From assembly GCF_000150275.1 (NCBI RefSeq), contig NW_002061111.1, forward strand, positions 1 to 10,200: DNA of 10,200 bases, given 5' to 3'. A program made the translations under genes and the position numbers. The notes under the pieces were generated by a model. The model searched no databases, was not told the origin of the DNA, and saw only the letters and a program-made list of their open reading frames with translations. The stretch comes from Trichoplax adhaerens (Eukaryota > Animalia > Placozoa). This document shows, in pieces, positions 9,096 to 10,200 of the stretch. Each line of letters opens with the position of its first letter. The first letter of the stretch is position 1.

Positions 9096-9132
9096 TGCTT
9101 GTGAGTGCGCTGTCATTGCGGGCCTTGGTGGT

Positions 9133-9295
9133 AACATAACTAGGAAAATGTCAATTAACTTCAATATGAATTAATTTTCTAAATTAAAATAAATATAGAT
9201 TTCACAAGCAAAGGCAACATAACTTGGAAAACGTCAATAAACTTCAATATGAATTAATTTTCTAAATTAAAATAATGAATGGTATTTCACAAGCA
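9133..9295. repeat. Tandem duplication, 83-bp period, two copies
   Basis: AACATAACT(A/T)GGAAAA...AACTTCAATATGAATTAATTTTCTAAATTAAAATAA...ATTTCACAAGCA starting at 9133 and 9216. Confidence 0.95.
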
Positions 9296-9621
9296 GGTTT
9301 AAGCACAAGAAACTTTCTCAGTCATCAATTTCTTCATTCTAAGCATCATAGATCGAACTTTAATCCAGTAGAAAATGTTATGACAATGCAGCATGAAGTA
9401 GTAAGCATAAAATCATTCTAAAAATGTAAGGAATGAAATGGTTTGTAAAGCCATAATTTAATTATACTAAATCAAAATATCTAGAGTAGTCCATTCATTC
9501 CACCAGTAAAATTTATGCACATAACATTGTCCGGTCGCCTTTCTAAGTCTATAATTTATCTTTCCAATTCCATTCATACAATCATCACGTAGTGATAATT
9601 TTGGCATCAGCAAAAGTAATT

Positions 9622-9878
9622 TTATTTTAATTCATCGTCTATTAATGTCTCTTTGCAACTTTTCAAAACTGACAGTAATACATCAAATGTCGCTTCTGAA
9701 GCAAATGTAGTATACCATGTTTCCAACAGATGAATACACTTGTCAATTCTGCCATCGCTCGTATCGGCTATGCCATCAACGTCATTAGGCTGTAATTTCA
9801 ATTTTCGACCAAATTCTTTCAACTTCTTTGATTTTATTCTATCAGCTATATACATGAAGGTTTCACGCCTTCTACCCT
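9622..9878 (-). CDS. Terminal coding exon encoding a death domain; upstream exons not identified (probably beyond the right edge)
   Basis: Translation GRRRETFMYIADRIKSKKLKEFGRKLKLQPNDVDGIADTSDGRIDKCIHLLETWYTTFASEATFDVLLSVLKSCKETLIDDELK* fits the death-domain pattern (FGRKL.L..D.I, LL..W, AT...LL..L..C). Phase-1 acceptor tgctctatatag|AG at 9879/9878; TAA at 9624-9622. The track's start at 9894 is a TTG within the likely intron. Confidence 0.8.
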
Positions 9879-10200
9879 CTATATAGAGCATCAAAGCATT
9901 GAAGTAAATCAGTTATTTAGCTGCAATTATCATGGATTCATTTTCATTGCTAAAATTTCTAGCCTAACTTATTAATATCTGTATGTGATCCGAAATACCG
10001 AACATCGTTGGCAATAGTGTAGCCTAGTTTATGTTGTCTATGTTGGTATTGAACTACGGTACTAATACTTGAATGCGACAGGTGTGGTATCTTGATCAGA
10101 ATTCTTCTATGCTACTTATACTATGGCTATGAATTAATCGGGATAAAAACAACTTAATAACTTCGCTACAAATTTGATACTTAGTGAGGATGTAGTATGA

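Noticed and set aside
8914-9135. Plus-strand Pol III/snRNA gene suggested by the octamer and TATAAAA at 9066-9072
   Set aside because: Downstream sequence does not resemble any snRNA, tRNA or other RNA I recognise; only a weak hairpin is possible.
9467-9620. About 50-codon minus-strand frame after the death-domain stop
   Set aside because: Different frame, no motif; most likely 3'UTR.
8595-9878. Single DD-CARD-TIR gene via an acceptor at 8692
   Set aside because: The death-domain exon ends in a stop, and the only phase-compatible donors are weak and would truncate the domain.

Overview
AT-rich, intron-containing eukaryotic DNA. It looks like an invertebrate animal, possibly early-branching such as a placozoan (inference from composition and intron sizes). 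All recognisable coding sequence is on the minus strand and forms an innate-immunity/cell-death cluster. (1) The terminal exon of a death-domain gene lies at 9622-9878. (2) A two-exon CARD domain (7812-7984 and 7546-7655) is missed entirely by the ORF track. (3) A two-exon TIR_2-type TIR domain (5317-5474 and 4473/4520-4793) keeps the catalytic-position Glu. Between CARD and TIR is a chain of GT-AG micro-exons (54, 42, 16, 29 and 36 nt) whose phases join the two domains in frame, suggesting one CARD-linker-TIR gene. The first, symmetric micro-exon carries an in-frame TAA, so the locus may give a CARD-only protein, a CARD-TIR fusion by exon skipping, or be a nonsense allele. The left 3.4 kb is a mosaic of duplicated pieces of this gene of at least two ages and predicts another CARD paralog just beyond the left edge. 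All exon structures were read by eye from splice signals and frame, without transcript evidence.
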